A stretch of 63,978 nucleotides of DNA, the filler included, from Trypethelium eluteriae (Eukaryota), in NCBI GenBank assembly GCA_051942245.1. It is 4 parts of 4 records of this genome, joined end to end, with 100 filler letters (N's around TTAATTAATTAA, not from the genome) between each part and the next. Parts side by side here need not be neighbours in the genome. Positions count along the whole stretch, not along the records: positions 32,107 to 48,044 come from JAVECL010000636.1; positions 48,145 to 63,978 come from JAVECL010000638.1; 2 more parts are not named here. One strand, 5' to 3'. The translations under genes were made by a program, and so were the position numbers. Position 1 is the stretch's first letter. Each line of letters opens with the position of its first letter. The notes beneath the pieces were generated by a model that saw only the letters and a list, made by a program, of their open reading frames with translations, made no database searches and was not told the DNA's origin. Shown here piece after piece: positions 44,610 through 56,300 of the stretch.

Positions 44610-46605
44610 ATGATGAAAGAGATTGACATACTTTCACTTTCAGCTTCTGATATACAGACTCTATATGCCAGCAAACGTCTTTCTGCCGTTGGAGTTGTAA
44701 AACTATGCCTTGCGCAGATAGCAAAGCACAATGTGAATGGAATGAAGCTCCGCGCCGTTCTACGCCTCGAGAGAGAGGAGATGCTCTTCAAACAGGCGCA
44801 GGACCTAGACAAGGAGAGAGAAGAAAAGGGGCCCAGAAGCCCAATGCACGGGATCCCTGTATTGGTAAAGGTATTTTTGTTGTTTAGTATGGACAGTCAC
44901 AGACCCAGGATCTCCATTGATGATGACATAGGATATGATTTCTTCATCTTCAACCGGTCTTGAGATGACTTGCGGTTCCTACGCCCTAGAGAACTCCAAA
45001 TACGAAGGAGACGCTACGATAGTCCAAAGATGTCGAGCTGCTGGTATGATCATTTTGGCAAAAGCAAATCTGACGGTCTGAGGTCCCCGCAATCCATAGT
45101 CCTTTAAATGCAATTGTGCTGATGAAAGATAGGAATGGGGAAATATGAAAGATGTCAGAATGACAGGCGGTTGGTCAGCTTTTGGGGGTCAGGTGAGTCA
45201 GAAATATCATCTTCGTCGTACTTCAACACATGATAACATTCCTCATAGACACAATCACCATACGTGGAGGGCGGTGTTGATCGAGACGACACCTGGTTAG
45301 GTCACAGTGTAAGTTTTTCATTGAATTCTTTCCAGGAAAGTAAAGACGGGCGAGTATCTGCAAGATAATTCTCTAAGTATCTTGGAACGCTAACATGCAT
45401 AAATAGAACCCTGGCGGATCATCTTCTGGGAGCGCAGCTGGTGTTGCAGCTGGATTCGCCCCCGTATCTATAGGGACTAAATCAGAAGGATCAATTGTTA
45501 CACCTGCTTCGCGTGCAGCTCTGTATTCTATTAAGCCAACCATTGGAAATCTACCCAAGCATGGTGTCTTCTCGGCAGTTCCCATATTCGAATCAGCAGG
45601 TCCCCTTGCCAAGACACCGAGAGATCTGGCTGATCTTACAGCTATTTTAATGGGTCAGAAGTCATGTTCCTCTCGTTTGACCGGTCGATGGGATGGCCTA
45701 GGTTTAGCCTTTGTAGATCCGACGAAATGGAAATGGTCGCAGGCTATCTGTGGAAGAAACGATGGGTTTGAGAAGCAGTACGTATGTTGAAAGTTGTATG
45801 CTTGGCTTGGCCCTTACATGGAGAAATAGCTAATGGGAGACTAGATGCATGAGTTGGAACAAGCAGCTAACACGTTGGCGGCGCGAGGTATCAAAGTAGC
45901 GCAAAAGGCGAATTTTCCGACGTTCGAAGAAATATTTGAGAACCAAGAGGGGGCACAGACCATCGAAAATTTAACACGTAAGTTCTCTGTCAGTAGCAAT
46001 CATGAGTTCTTCATTTTGACAGTCAATTAGAATTTCAACTTCTTGACGCAGTTGCGCAATCATTGCAAGGCTTTGTTTTTAGCGAGGTCAGATCGATCCC
46101 AGCTATCATCGAATTCAACAAAACGCACCCCGACCTAGAACTACCCCCTGGTAGGTCGCTCAAATATCCTTGAATTGTGCCTACTCTTCACGTCGAGCAC
46201 TAACTTCCATCGACAGAGCACCCTGGGCAAGAAGCCCTCGAAGCTGCCTTGAAACCAATCTTAACGAAAGACCAGTTCGAAAGGGGGCTTTCAGTCGTGC
46301 AGAAGTCTTGTCTTGAAGCTATAGAAAGATGCTTGACTGAGTATGGTGTGGATGCTATTTTGGCCCCGTCAGAGTCCCACTTGTGCAGGCACGCTGCTGC
46401 CGCTGGCGTGCCCATCGGCACTTTACCATTGTCGTTCGCGAAGTTCAACGGAAGGCCGTTCGGATTCCATATATTAGTCCGAGCAGGTGAGGAAGAAAAA
46501 CTGTTTCGGATCATGAGCGCTTGGGAGGCAACGTTTCCGCAAGCCAGTGTTCCGCCTCCCTTACTAATGCACGATACTGATCCAAAGGATCTTGGGACTC
46601 TCTAA
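44610..46605 (+). CDS. Amidase signature family enzyme, many introns
   Basis: GPRSPMHGIPVLVK|D, LAKANLT|EW, GGWSAFGGQ|TQSPY, NPGGSSSGSAAGVAAGFAPVSIGTKSEGSIVTPASRAALYSIKPT, NGRPFG; about 8 short introns. Confidence 0.85.
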
Positions 46606-46704
46606 AGCCAGAATTCCTTGAGGCTCTGGCAGTAAGCTCCATTGAAGTGACGACAACGTTTTCTTCGAGACCTTGGCTCTCTAATAGTCGCTTCGGAATT
46701 GACT

Positions 46705-47170
46705 CTAAGTCTTCAATGATCCCAGTTTATGAGCATTTCTAGCGACTGGGCATTTACTCATGTCAGATTCTTCGAATGCTCTGTTGTCTAAGAGGAGATG
46801 GACGGCGGTGACGTGCCGTTTGAGTGAAGCGATTATTAAGGCAGTTCCAAAATGGCCTTTAGCGTCCACATCTGCTCCATATAAAACTATAAGCTTAATC
46901 ATTCGAGATTGCCGCCGAAAGCTGCTGCTTGAATAGCCTTGCCCAAGTGTCCCTCTTGCACATTGGCATCATCAAGATGCTGCAACATTAGCCCTGCAAC
47001 GTTAGCGTTGCCATATAGGAGAGCAGTCTGGAGTGCCTCGTGGGATTATGTTTTGGTCGAAGTCTCAATACTCCCATTCGGAGCTAGCGACAACGCTATT
47101 TGCCGTTGCAGAATTTCTCAACCATGAGATGTATTTCCATGGAAAGCAAGTTCTGACAAAATCTTCTATA
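46705..47170 (-). pseudogene. Frameshifted ankyrin-repeat remnant
   Basis: HEALQTALLYGNANVAGLMLQHLDDANVQEGHLGKAIQAAAFGGNLE*, then a frame change to MIKLIVLYGADVDAKGHFGTALIIASLKRHVTAVHLLLD; upstream frames contain stops. Confidence 0.6.
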
Positions 47171-48044
47171 ACCCGTCCTGAATGGATAAAAAGGCAACAT
47201 GAGAAATGGACTAAGGGGGTTCCAAATAGGTATGGAGCTTGGCGGTAAATTTATCACTTACTAACTTACCCTGGCGGACTCAACAGAAGGAGCGGAAGGT
47301 CGGTATGGGGTACTTCGGCCCCCGGATTCCAGATACAGGATAAATGTCCGGTAGGAAGAGCCAAGGTTTAGGAGGTATAATACAGCTGTCATTACGAACT
47401 ATGTAGGTACTGCGATCCCTCAGCCTAAGTGCCCTCCACTCATCATGACCGCAATCCAAGTCTCAACGCAAGCACCCCAGTATTTTCGCACCACCGCTTG
47501 CCCGACCATGGTGTACCGATGAGGCGCAACGTGGGTGTTACCCGAAGAGTAACATCCAGACCACATTAGACCATTGCGTTTCCTCCTCTCTATTCGCCCC
47601 CAAAGAAGCGTGAGACTAACAGCACCATCGGGCTTCTTGCAGGAGATGAGCAGTATATAGTCTTCCGACCCCACAAACAGGGGCTATGTAAGAAAAGGAA
47701 GGGGGATAAAGCAGACAGACGCCACGCTTCGGCCCGGAGAAAAGGAAAACGAAACTCAACGAGGATATCAAACAATCGCGTCGTATGAACTGGGGTGCTT
47801 TGCAAGAAAGAACCAAACGCAGGGGACGGATATGTGGAAAAAAAAAAGTCAAAAACTCCCACTACACCAGGCCCTCACTCCATTCCAACTCGCAAGCAAC
47901 TCCGATTCGAAAAATGGCCCACCTTCGGATGCTCATCCAACGGCGTATATTCTCTTTTCCCTGACCACCACCACCCCAGCGCATAGACGAAATTCTTCAG
48001 TTCACAACCAAAGCTAAGCTGGCTTCTGCCTCTTTCCCACGCGT

Positions 48045-48144
48045 NNNNNNNNNNNNNNNNNNNNNNNNNNNNNNNNNNNNNNNNNNNNTTAATTAATTAA
48101 NNNNNNNNNNNNNNNNNNNNNNNNNNNNNNNNNNNNNNNNNNNN
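48045..48144. other. Artificial contig spacer
   Basis: N44-TTAATTAATTAA-N44. Confidence 0.97.
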
Positions 48145-48491
48145 AAGAGGGAGGGAGGGAGAGAGAAGGCCATATGGGAGATCGACAACGCGTGGAGAAT
48201 AGGCAGCGACTGCATGGATCAGCAACGCTGGAGTTTGTGCAAGGGTGGGCTGGTGGGCGGATCGTAATGGCGATTCTTGTGGTGCTGGGATTGGCAATTG
48301 GGGCGACATTGATGTGGATATTGCTTGGACTGCCGAAAAAGAACCTGGGAATGTTGCCGGGCTATGGATATGAGGGATATCGTGGGGCAGGAGGAAGGGT
48401 GGAAGGGGGATGCGTGATGGGGATATTGGTGCTGGTTGTTGGGTGGACCGGAGTAGCGGGTTGGATCTGGGTATCTTGGGCGGTTCTGTAG
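48145..48491 (+). CDS. 3' end of a hypothetical membrane protein (two C-terminal TM helices)
   Basis: TLEFVQGWAGGRIVMAILVVLGLAIGATLMWILLG...VMGILVLVVGWTGVAGWIWVSWAVL*; 5' part missing. Confidence 0.55.
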
Positions 48492-48696
48492 ATTGGGTCA
48501 TTTAGTTCAAAGAGAATCAAGAAAAAAGTTATTGGTATAAACTCAAATTTGGGTTCAATACTATGAAAGCCTGGCCACCGGTGCACTAGTGAATGGATGA
48601 TATTTTATGTAAGGATCTGGTGAAACAGGGCGGATCGCTACAGTGGCTTCTCGAAACTCGGATCATTGCCTTCTTGACGCCCTAGATTTCATTGCA

Positions 48697-49308
48697 TTAG
48701 CAAAATTCGAAGAGCGAAGCTGTTGGATTCCCCGTACACCATGCGTGACTCATCGCCCTCTGCAACTCGCTTCTGAGGTCCTCCAAACTCTGCGTATTCT
48801 GGACAGCCCTCGATGTGATTTGTTGCCCCATGAGATCATGCTCTCTTCGCTGCAGTTCCTCAAGCTCTCCTCTCACTTCCACGAGGGCGGGTTCAATTCC
48901 ACCAGGCTGGTAAAACCTCATGAGAAGCCCTTGCTGCAGAAAGCTGAGTACCAGCTCTCCGTCGTCGATCCCGGCCAGGGTGGCATCTTTGAAGAAGGTT
49001 CGTACGCCGCGATCAAATCTCGAGATCTTGCCGAGAAGGTAGGCAAATCGACGGCAGAGGTTACATGTGAGGACGTTCCAATAGTAATCACTTGGAGATG
49101 ACCAGGATGGTGTTTGCCCACCGGGCTGTAATCTCAGTGGATAGCTAACGAGGCTCTGTTTCACTTCATCGACAGTCGGTTGATAGATCGTATCGACAAT
49201 GCGAAGAGCTACCCAAGCCATGTATGGTTCGATGTGGATGGAAGCATTGATATGGCGGAGTGGAAGCTCGATGAGAGGCGCCTTATACCATAGTGGCGTC
49301 ATGATCAT
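48697..49308 (-). CDS. Hypothetical protein
   Basis: 203-aa ORF with protein-like composition and a coiled-coil-like C-terminal part; no family recognised. Confidence 0.35.
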   Translation of the reverse strand: MIMTPLWYKAPLIELPLRHINASIHIEPYMAWVALRIVDTIYQPTVDEVKQSLVSYPLRLQPGGQTPSWSSPSDYYWNVLTCNLCRRFAYLLGKISRFDRGVRTFFKDATLAGIDDGELVLSFLQQGLLMRFYQPGGIEPALVEVRGELEELQRREHDLMGQQITSRAVQNTQSLEDLRSELQRAMSHAWCTGNPTASLFEFC

Positions 49309-49518
49309 GCTGGATTCCTTGCATCAATACATCAACACGATACCCTAAGGCGATCAAAGAGCATTTGGCGTACCTTTGCGTAGCGATAGCGTTTGCTAAC
49401 GAGGGTAAACCAAATCGTGTAACCGTGCTTGCGAAAGCAATACCTTGAATTGGTGGTCGAGAAGGGTGAGGAAGGAAAAGGTCTACTGGCACAAAAGCAT
49501 CGTCGGCCCAAGAGGAAA

Positions 49519-50028
49519 TCACGACGTCACAGGCTCTTCAATGTGAAGCTGCGTGGGAGGACTTGACTCGGCTGCAGTAAGGGGAGCAGGTTCGGCAGCA
49601 GCATTGGGGTTTGACCCGCTCTTGTCCTTCTTACAGCACTGCTTCACCTTCGCAACGGCTCGCTCCTCCAGTGTCATCTTGGTTGCATTTTGTCGTCGAT
49701 GCCGGTGCTTTGTCAGGATGCCCTTTTGAGAAAGCGCGTAGATAGCATTGATGTACCCGGGGAACCAAAATAAGATAGTAAGCAGGAAATTCACAGCGAG
49801 TCGCCAGTGGAAGCCGTAGACAATAAACACAGCGAGGGGAGGACAGATGAAGCAAAGGAAAATGAGGCAATTTATCTTGCACAATTGGAAGGTTTCCGAT
49901 AAGATAACTTCCGTGATGGTTTTCAACAGATGTGTTTTTGACCTCTTCGGCTGCGTTGTCGTTCTTGCCTGTGATCGCCGTTTCGGCATGGGAATAGAGA
50001 GCCGGATACATAAGAAGGTGAAGGCCAT
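49519..50028 (-). CDS. Pmp3 (UPF0057) proteolipid-domain protein with N- and C-terminal extensions
   Basis: IFLCFICPPLAVFIVYGFHWRLAVNFLLTILFWFPGYINAIY fits the Pmp3 pattern PP..V.....G......N..LT.L...PG..HA.Y. Confidence 0.7.
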   Translation of the reverse strand: MAFTFLCIRLSIPMPKRRSQARTTTQPKRSKTHLLKTITEVILSETFQLCKINCLIFLCFICPPLAVFIVYGFHWRLAVNFLLTILFWFPGYINAIYALSQKGILTKHRHRRQNATKMTLEERAVAKVKQCCKKDKSGSNPNAAAEPAPLTAAESSPPTQLHIEEPVTS

Positions 50029-50326
50029 GTATTGAGAACTGATTTATTAGGGTTGAAGAGGTTGTCGTGTTACATATATCTTCTATCCGTGATGTAGTCG
50101 GTCAAGAGAGAAAACTCAAGGATAGCAAGAAAGAAGAAGGCGCGCCTGCCAGTCCCGGGAGTTTGCGTCAAAGCCGCGAATCTAGAACTCGCCTTGATGC
50201 AAGTGATGTCTTGAGGTGAAAGTCTGTGCGAAAGAGGCTGTGAACGCTCACGCACAGTAAATCCGTCCAGCAAACCTCCAACATGCTTTTAAATTCACCG
50301 ACGAGTCAACATGCGACGCATATGGT

Positions 50327-51473
50327 TCACCCAAACATTTTTGTCATCGCTTTTTGCGCAAGTTCCACGCCCAAGAATGTTGCCGCATTGGCCGGGACTG
50401 CTCTTGCTAGAGCCGGACCTATTCCAGGAAAGAAGGCTCTAATACCACCTTTACCGTATAGTTCTCTTATCGTTCCACCAATTGTTGGTCGGCCTTCTGC
50501 GCTCTGCAATCTGCTCTTTACCGTGTCTACTGGGAATACTGGTATCCACATGGCCACACCGGCGGAACCTCCTGCGATCATCACCGCCGTGAGGCTCAAG
50601 TTTCCTGGCTTCCCATTTTCATCTTTTGGTGTCAGTCTCCGTTTTATAAGTTCGTAGGTCGCAAAATACGCTGCCGACCCGGGCCCGTCTCGTGCCAGGG
50701 TCATTGCGCTGCCTCTAAACACGCTACGAACACCTCCCTCCTTGTAGAGTTGCCGTACTACATCAAGGCCTCCTGAGTATTTTGGTTTCTCTCCTGGTGC
50801 TAGTTGTTTTTGACCTTGTATCTGGAGGAGAACTTTGACGCGTTCGAACGGGGCGGTGATTAAAGTCATGGGTATTGCGGAGAAGAAGCCAGCGAAGGAG
50901 ACTTGAGCAACGCTGTATTGCTCATCCTTGACTTCGGAAAATGATTTGACTAGATTTTTACCTACACCATACCCCTGTAATGTGTAAGCTTGAAGTATCA
51001 GCGTGGTCAGGACTTTGGCTACTTACCCAGAAGCTCACAGCGACTCTTCACTGTCAGCAGGAGCGTCAATTGAAAGAAGGGTCAAACATACACATTGGAG
51101 TAACGCCCACCAACGGCGCGGAGACGCCGGCATAAAGTCCCTGTAAATATTAGCTTTTGAGTTGCTTAGACGAGCTGTTGAGCCCTGTAAGGCGTCCACA
51201 TACCCGTGCCAGACCTTCCCTCGCAATAGTTCTTCTGACAACATCCATTGCCCCATTGTAGACACCTCTCTCCGCCGTCTGTAATCGTACTTTGACGAGA
51301 TCAAATGGATGTCCCACTATCACAGCGCAAACTCCACCGACACCACCAGCTATGAAGTTTCGTATGCTACTTGAGCCGGCGTTCTTTGTGGCATCGACGA
51401 CATCTTCTTTCAATTCTCCGGCAGACGGTATCTTCGGACTGGGTATAGGAGAGCTTGATGAAGATGAGGACAT
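50327..51473 (-). CDS. CRC1: Mitochondrial carnitine/acylcarnitine carrier (Crc1/AcuH), spliced
   Basis: FIAGGVGGVCAVIVGHPFDLVKVRLQT, APFERVKVLLQIQ, RDGPGSAAYFATYE, PVDTVKSRLQ, RAVPANAATFLG; three carrier repeats. Confidence 0.92.
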
Positions 51474-51700
51474 TAGAGCTATCTGGGCCCGTGGAGGGGT
51501 ATGGAGGGGCAGGCAGTGGGGGATACGAGGAGAGACAGATGCAATGGGAGGAGCGACTGTATCGAGAGACTGATATACAAAGAGTTTTGCAACAGTACGG
51601 AGGGGTATGTAAGCTTCAACAGACGACTGAGACCAGCTACACAGTGACGGAGCCGCACTCCAGATGTCGATCCAGAGCTTGATCTACGGGAGGGATCTTG

Positions 51701-51728
51701 CCTCGGTTGACGTCCCTTCGGTCCGAGG
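51701..51728. promoter_or_regulatory. Two inverted CCTCGG/CCGAGG sites (FarA/FarB-type fatty-acid response elements) upstream of the carnitine carrier
   Basis: CCTCGG at 51701-51706 and CCGAGG at 51723-51728, about 230-255 bp upstream of the ATG. CCTCGG is the known FarA/FarB core in Aspergillus fatty-acid utilisation genes. Confidence 0.55.
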
Positions 51729-53309
51729 GAATCCCGGAAATGCTCGTCTTAATGAGCACCTACCTACGGATTATCATAGCCCGGATACGCTCGCTATCTT
51801 GCAGTTTCCAAGAACTATGTGGACATCAGGTCGATATTAATAATAGCAAGTTACGTGTGAAGCTGGGCGCAGAGGACTATCATCCTTGAGGTGGCCCTGC
51901 ATACCTAGGTATCTACTACGCGCTAGAACACCGTCAACCGTGGTTGATCCTTTCAGATACGGGCACTTCCAATGTCATGATCCTCTGAGGCGTTCAGCTC
52001 CTTACTCTCGTGCCTGTCCAGCAATAGCATCGAGACCTGTTTGAGGCATCCCGTGAGGCATTTGAGAGAAACTTCTATTGACGTCATCCTATTACGGCGC
52101 TGTTGCGCTTGCAAATGCTCTCCAAATGCCTGGATCTTCTTTTTTCTCATTACTCAATTGCCCAACTGCACCTGCATCTACCATGAGGGCCACCATTGCT
52201 GTCTCTTCTTGCCTCAATTTGAATTGATTCTTCGGCTTTGGATACTTATGGTGCATCCTTACAGGATTCAATGAATGAGGAGCTCTGCAGTGTGGATAAG
52301 TCATGGGTCCGCCCCTTGCCTTTTCTGTGCTTTCTTTTCCCAAAGAAAGAGAGGGGGAAAAAGAAAAAGAAAAAAACAACAATAAAAGCTGGCGCAAAGA
52401 AAAAGGAGCGGGATGTTCGCACCGTCACATAACTCGACTGCCCCGTCTAGGCGGTTTTGGGGTACTCGGTGCTGTAATCAGAATCTCAGACTCGCTCAAG
52501 GTTCCAAAAAATTGGTAATTTTAGACGATCTGTTTGACGAGCTGGCATGTACGCATTGTGGATGCCGGAGAAAAGGCAAGTACTCCGTACAGGCTGCCTG
52601 CATCATGTATCATCCCAAATGTCCCAAAGGTTGGTTGTCGCAAATATCATGCGTTTGACTCGTCAGCGCCCGAAGCGATACAGCACTGCAATTTGAGGTT
52701 AAAGCAACAAAGGCCGAGCAACGTTGGCCCTCCGCATTGGGACGGGCCTCTTGTCATTGTGAGGTGCTGGCTGTGCAGAAAAATGAAAGTATGCCCGCCA
52801 GTGGAGTCGGATGCAAGTGCTCATTGCTGGCTGATAGTGGACGGTCATCGTTCTGTACTATCATTCATCTGCCAAAGGCCAAGTAGTCCATATTTTTATA
52901 TTGATGGCCAGGCGTGCAACGCATTACTCCGTATATGTTTATGAGCGCGCGCTGGCCTCAGGTCAGGTCAGGGTCTGGAAGCTCGGCTGGATGATCCCGC
53001 TGTTCGTTAGACCTCCACCATCAAGCCATCGATGACTGCCGCCTCCGCAACCTCATTCATCCAGACATTCTACCTGTCGCCATTCTTGGCCACCCTTGTA
53101 TAGTCTACCGCGCTGTCCCACTGCCATCTCAACGCCCATGTGAGCACCGCAATGCCTCAACCGACCACGTCTTGGCCGCCTCTTGCGATACCTGTATAGC
53201 CTCGACCCACACTACCGGCTTTAACCCGAACTGATCTGGCCGACGGGAAGCCGCCGCGACTCCCTCGGTTGCCTGCAGCGATCCCGGTCGTTTCGCTGCC
53301 AGAGTGACC

Positions 53310-56300
53310 ATGACGAGGAATCAGGATGGCGCTCGGAATGGATCTACCGCGAGCTCTGGAGCCGACAGCTGGCGTTCAGAGGAAACTATTAGATCCTTGA
53401 CACAATCGCGGCGGGGCACACCTATAGCGGTCAAGACGGACAGGAACAAAGATCGCAGGTAAGTCTCGATCTCCCGGTTTCAGCCGAGACCCGTGCTTCC
53501 ACAGAGCGCTACATCCTGAGTACTGTGTGGAGAGTGCTCTCAGCAGCCTCGTCACGTTTGGTCTGCTATCAGTTACGCCCCTCGGTATGCATAGAATATG
53601 GGCTAATGTGGCACTCTAGTATCGATAGGGACGTCGAGGTTTCACCTGGATCAACCTTTCCGGCCCCTCAATCGATGCAGTCAAAGCCCTTACCTAGAAA
53701 CAACCAGAATTTCGCACCATGGGAGAACCCTAGAGCTGTTGACTTTGGCCCCTACCGAAGGGATATTGGCATCGTTGACACTTCGCCAAACGTTCCCGCA
53801 ATATCTCGTGTTCCCCCCAGCGCGTCATCTCCTCATCCTCCTTGGGGCAACAGCGCCAATAGCTTCCCGATGACTTCGAGCGTCTTTGGGAGCTTCTACA
53901 ATGATTCTCAAGAAAGCATTGCTCAACTCTCTCCCGGCTTCCGCCCCGGAACCGGCCAGACAGACATGGGATTTCCGGGTGATGATAGGCGACCCTCCAT
54001 AGCCAGCAATACTACTGTCAGCAGCACTGGTTCCAAATCGAGTATTGGCAGGGGATTTCATAAAAAGCTACAAGGCTTCTTTGGCGAAGACATCAGCAAC
54101 GAGATCCAGCCTTATTCAGAACCCAATATCCCGGCTTTTGCTTCCACGGACCAGATAAGGAATCGCAATCGCAACAATTCGGCCCACAATACAATTGAAA
54201 GTACGAGCAGTAGTCGACCTGCTTCTCCTGGGAGTTCTCGTCCTCGGACACCCATGGCTTCAAGTGAAATAACGCCATGGGTTTATCAGGATATGAACGT
54301 AAGTAAACCTCGTGATTGCAATTTCTCAGATGTCACGCTTTCGCCCAATTTCACAGCGCTTAGGTTTTTTCCGCTGTAGTAATCAGCCCAAGTGTCTAAT
54401 GTATTCGCTTTTTGGAGAGTCACCACACGTCTGGTTCCACCGTGGTCGCCGTTTCTCTTTTCGTAAGTGCATTTTTAGCTGACAAAAATAATAGGAGTTT
54501 CCTGGTAAGGTAGCACCAGACAAGAACCTGCCCGAAATTCCAAGACCACCCAAAAGTGCCCATTCCAATCATCATCCACATGCACACCGACTCCATCTAC
54601 CCGGCCACCGACATACGAGGAGCAAAGAGGAGGCCAAGACATCCGATCCCAACCACGGATATCCTCTCCGTCCGTTCGCAAGCAGAGAAGATTCTCTCAG
54701 TAGTCTCCGTCGGAATGACCAAACTTCCTACCCACAAAGTCAGCCTGGCGTTGCGACCAAGCTCAACCTAGCTCCCCGCTCATCGAGTCCTACACCCAGC
54801 ATGAATAGCACCAAAAGTCGGGACGGGCACAGGTCACCAGGACACAAGGACAAAGAGTCTGGGAAGGAAAAACGGTCCTTGGTTGACCGTATTACGAGAC
54901 GACACAAAAATGATAATCGCACTGACTTGGATGCTCTTCGAGACCTCGGCCTTTCTTCCAGTTCTCTGGTACAGAATGGGCGGGGTGGAACCAAGTCTGA
55001 ACCTGTACCCAAGGACAATAAGAAAAGTAAAGGCAACGTGGCAGATGCATCACTCCGTGAGGCACAAGGGAGCGTCGGCGGGGCCAGTATCAAACACGCT
55101 GGCTCTAGACTACCATTCATGAGTTCGAAGAGGGGCCTGGATCCTTCGAGAGATATCAGTGCCCCCACACACCCTTCAGGGCAGTCTTCCCTCTGGCAAT
55201 TGGATACGGACTTGACGCATATGGAAGGAATCATCGACAGTAACGCGCAGCCGCTAACTCCACCAGCAAACGATATCTTTGCTGGATTCCCCGGCGACGA
55301 CCCACAAGCTCAGAGCAGAGACTCGGATGGTGGGACTGCAGCCTGGGATGCCCCTGACAGTTGGGCTGTCAAAAGGGCTCGCGATGAAAATGTTGACAGG
55401 CTGCGCGAGCTTGACGATGAGACCGGTCTCCCACACACGGAAGAAAGTAATGGACCACCATACCATTTCCGCATCTTCCGGACAGATTCGACCTTTGCAA
55501 CATTGCATGTTGGTCTGAACACTACGGTTGTTGAGATAATACAAATGATGGGCCGGAAAACTATCCTTTCTGAGGATCTTGATAACCATCTCATGGTATT
55601 GCGCAAGCATGATACTTCACGGCAATTAGAACCGACAGAGAGGCCTCTTGTTCTTCAGAAGAAACTTCTATTACAAGCTGGTTACACTGAGACGGATCGT
55701 TTAGAGACGGTGGGAGGCGAAGATAATAGCTACCTATGCCGCTTCACCTTTTTACCCTCAAAGATGGCCGGGTACACGAGCTTGGACAAAGATCCTGGCT
55801 TTAGCAGGATGCAAAAGTTTAGTCATATCGATTTACAAGGGCGGAATCTCATCACGATACCCATCACTCTTTATCAAAAGGCCACTGAGATTGTTTCACT
55901 CAACCTTTCCCGGAATCTATCGTTAGATGTACCAAAGGACTTCATTCAAGGCTGCACCAACCTTCGCGAAATTAAGTATACCGGCAATGAAACCTGGAAA
56001 CTACCTCCAAGCCTGAGCCTTGCGAGTCGACTTACCATGCTGGACGTATCAAATAATCGCTTGGAACAACTTGAGCACGCAGATCTGTGGAAGTTACAGA
56101 GCCTGATTAGTCTCAGACTTGCAAACAATAAGCTCACTAAGCTTCCAAAATACTTTGGTCAATACAAGGCCCTTCGAAGTCTCAACATTTCCTCCAACTC
56201 TCTGAGTGAATTCCCCGAATTCATCGGAGATGTCAAGACACTTGTAGATTTAGATGTCAGCTTCAACACCATCAGCACCTTGCCCAACATTGGTCAGTTG

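Noticed and set aside
54299..54494. Internal GTAAGT (~54463) in adenylate cyclase intron 2, suggesting a cassette exon or stwintron
   Set aside because: The downstream piece would be only ~32 nt, too short for a normal intron; standard splicing already restores the frame.
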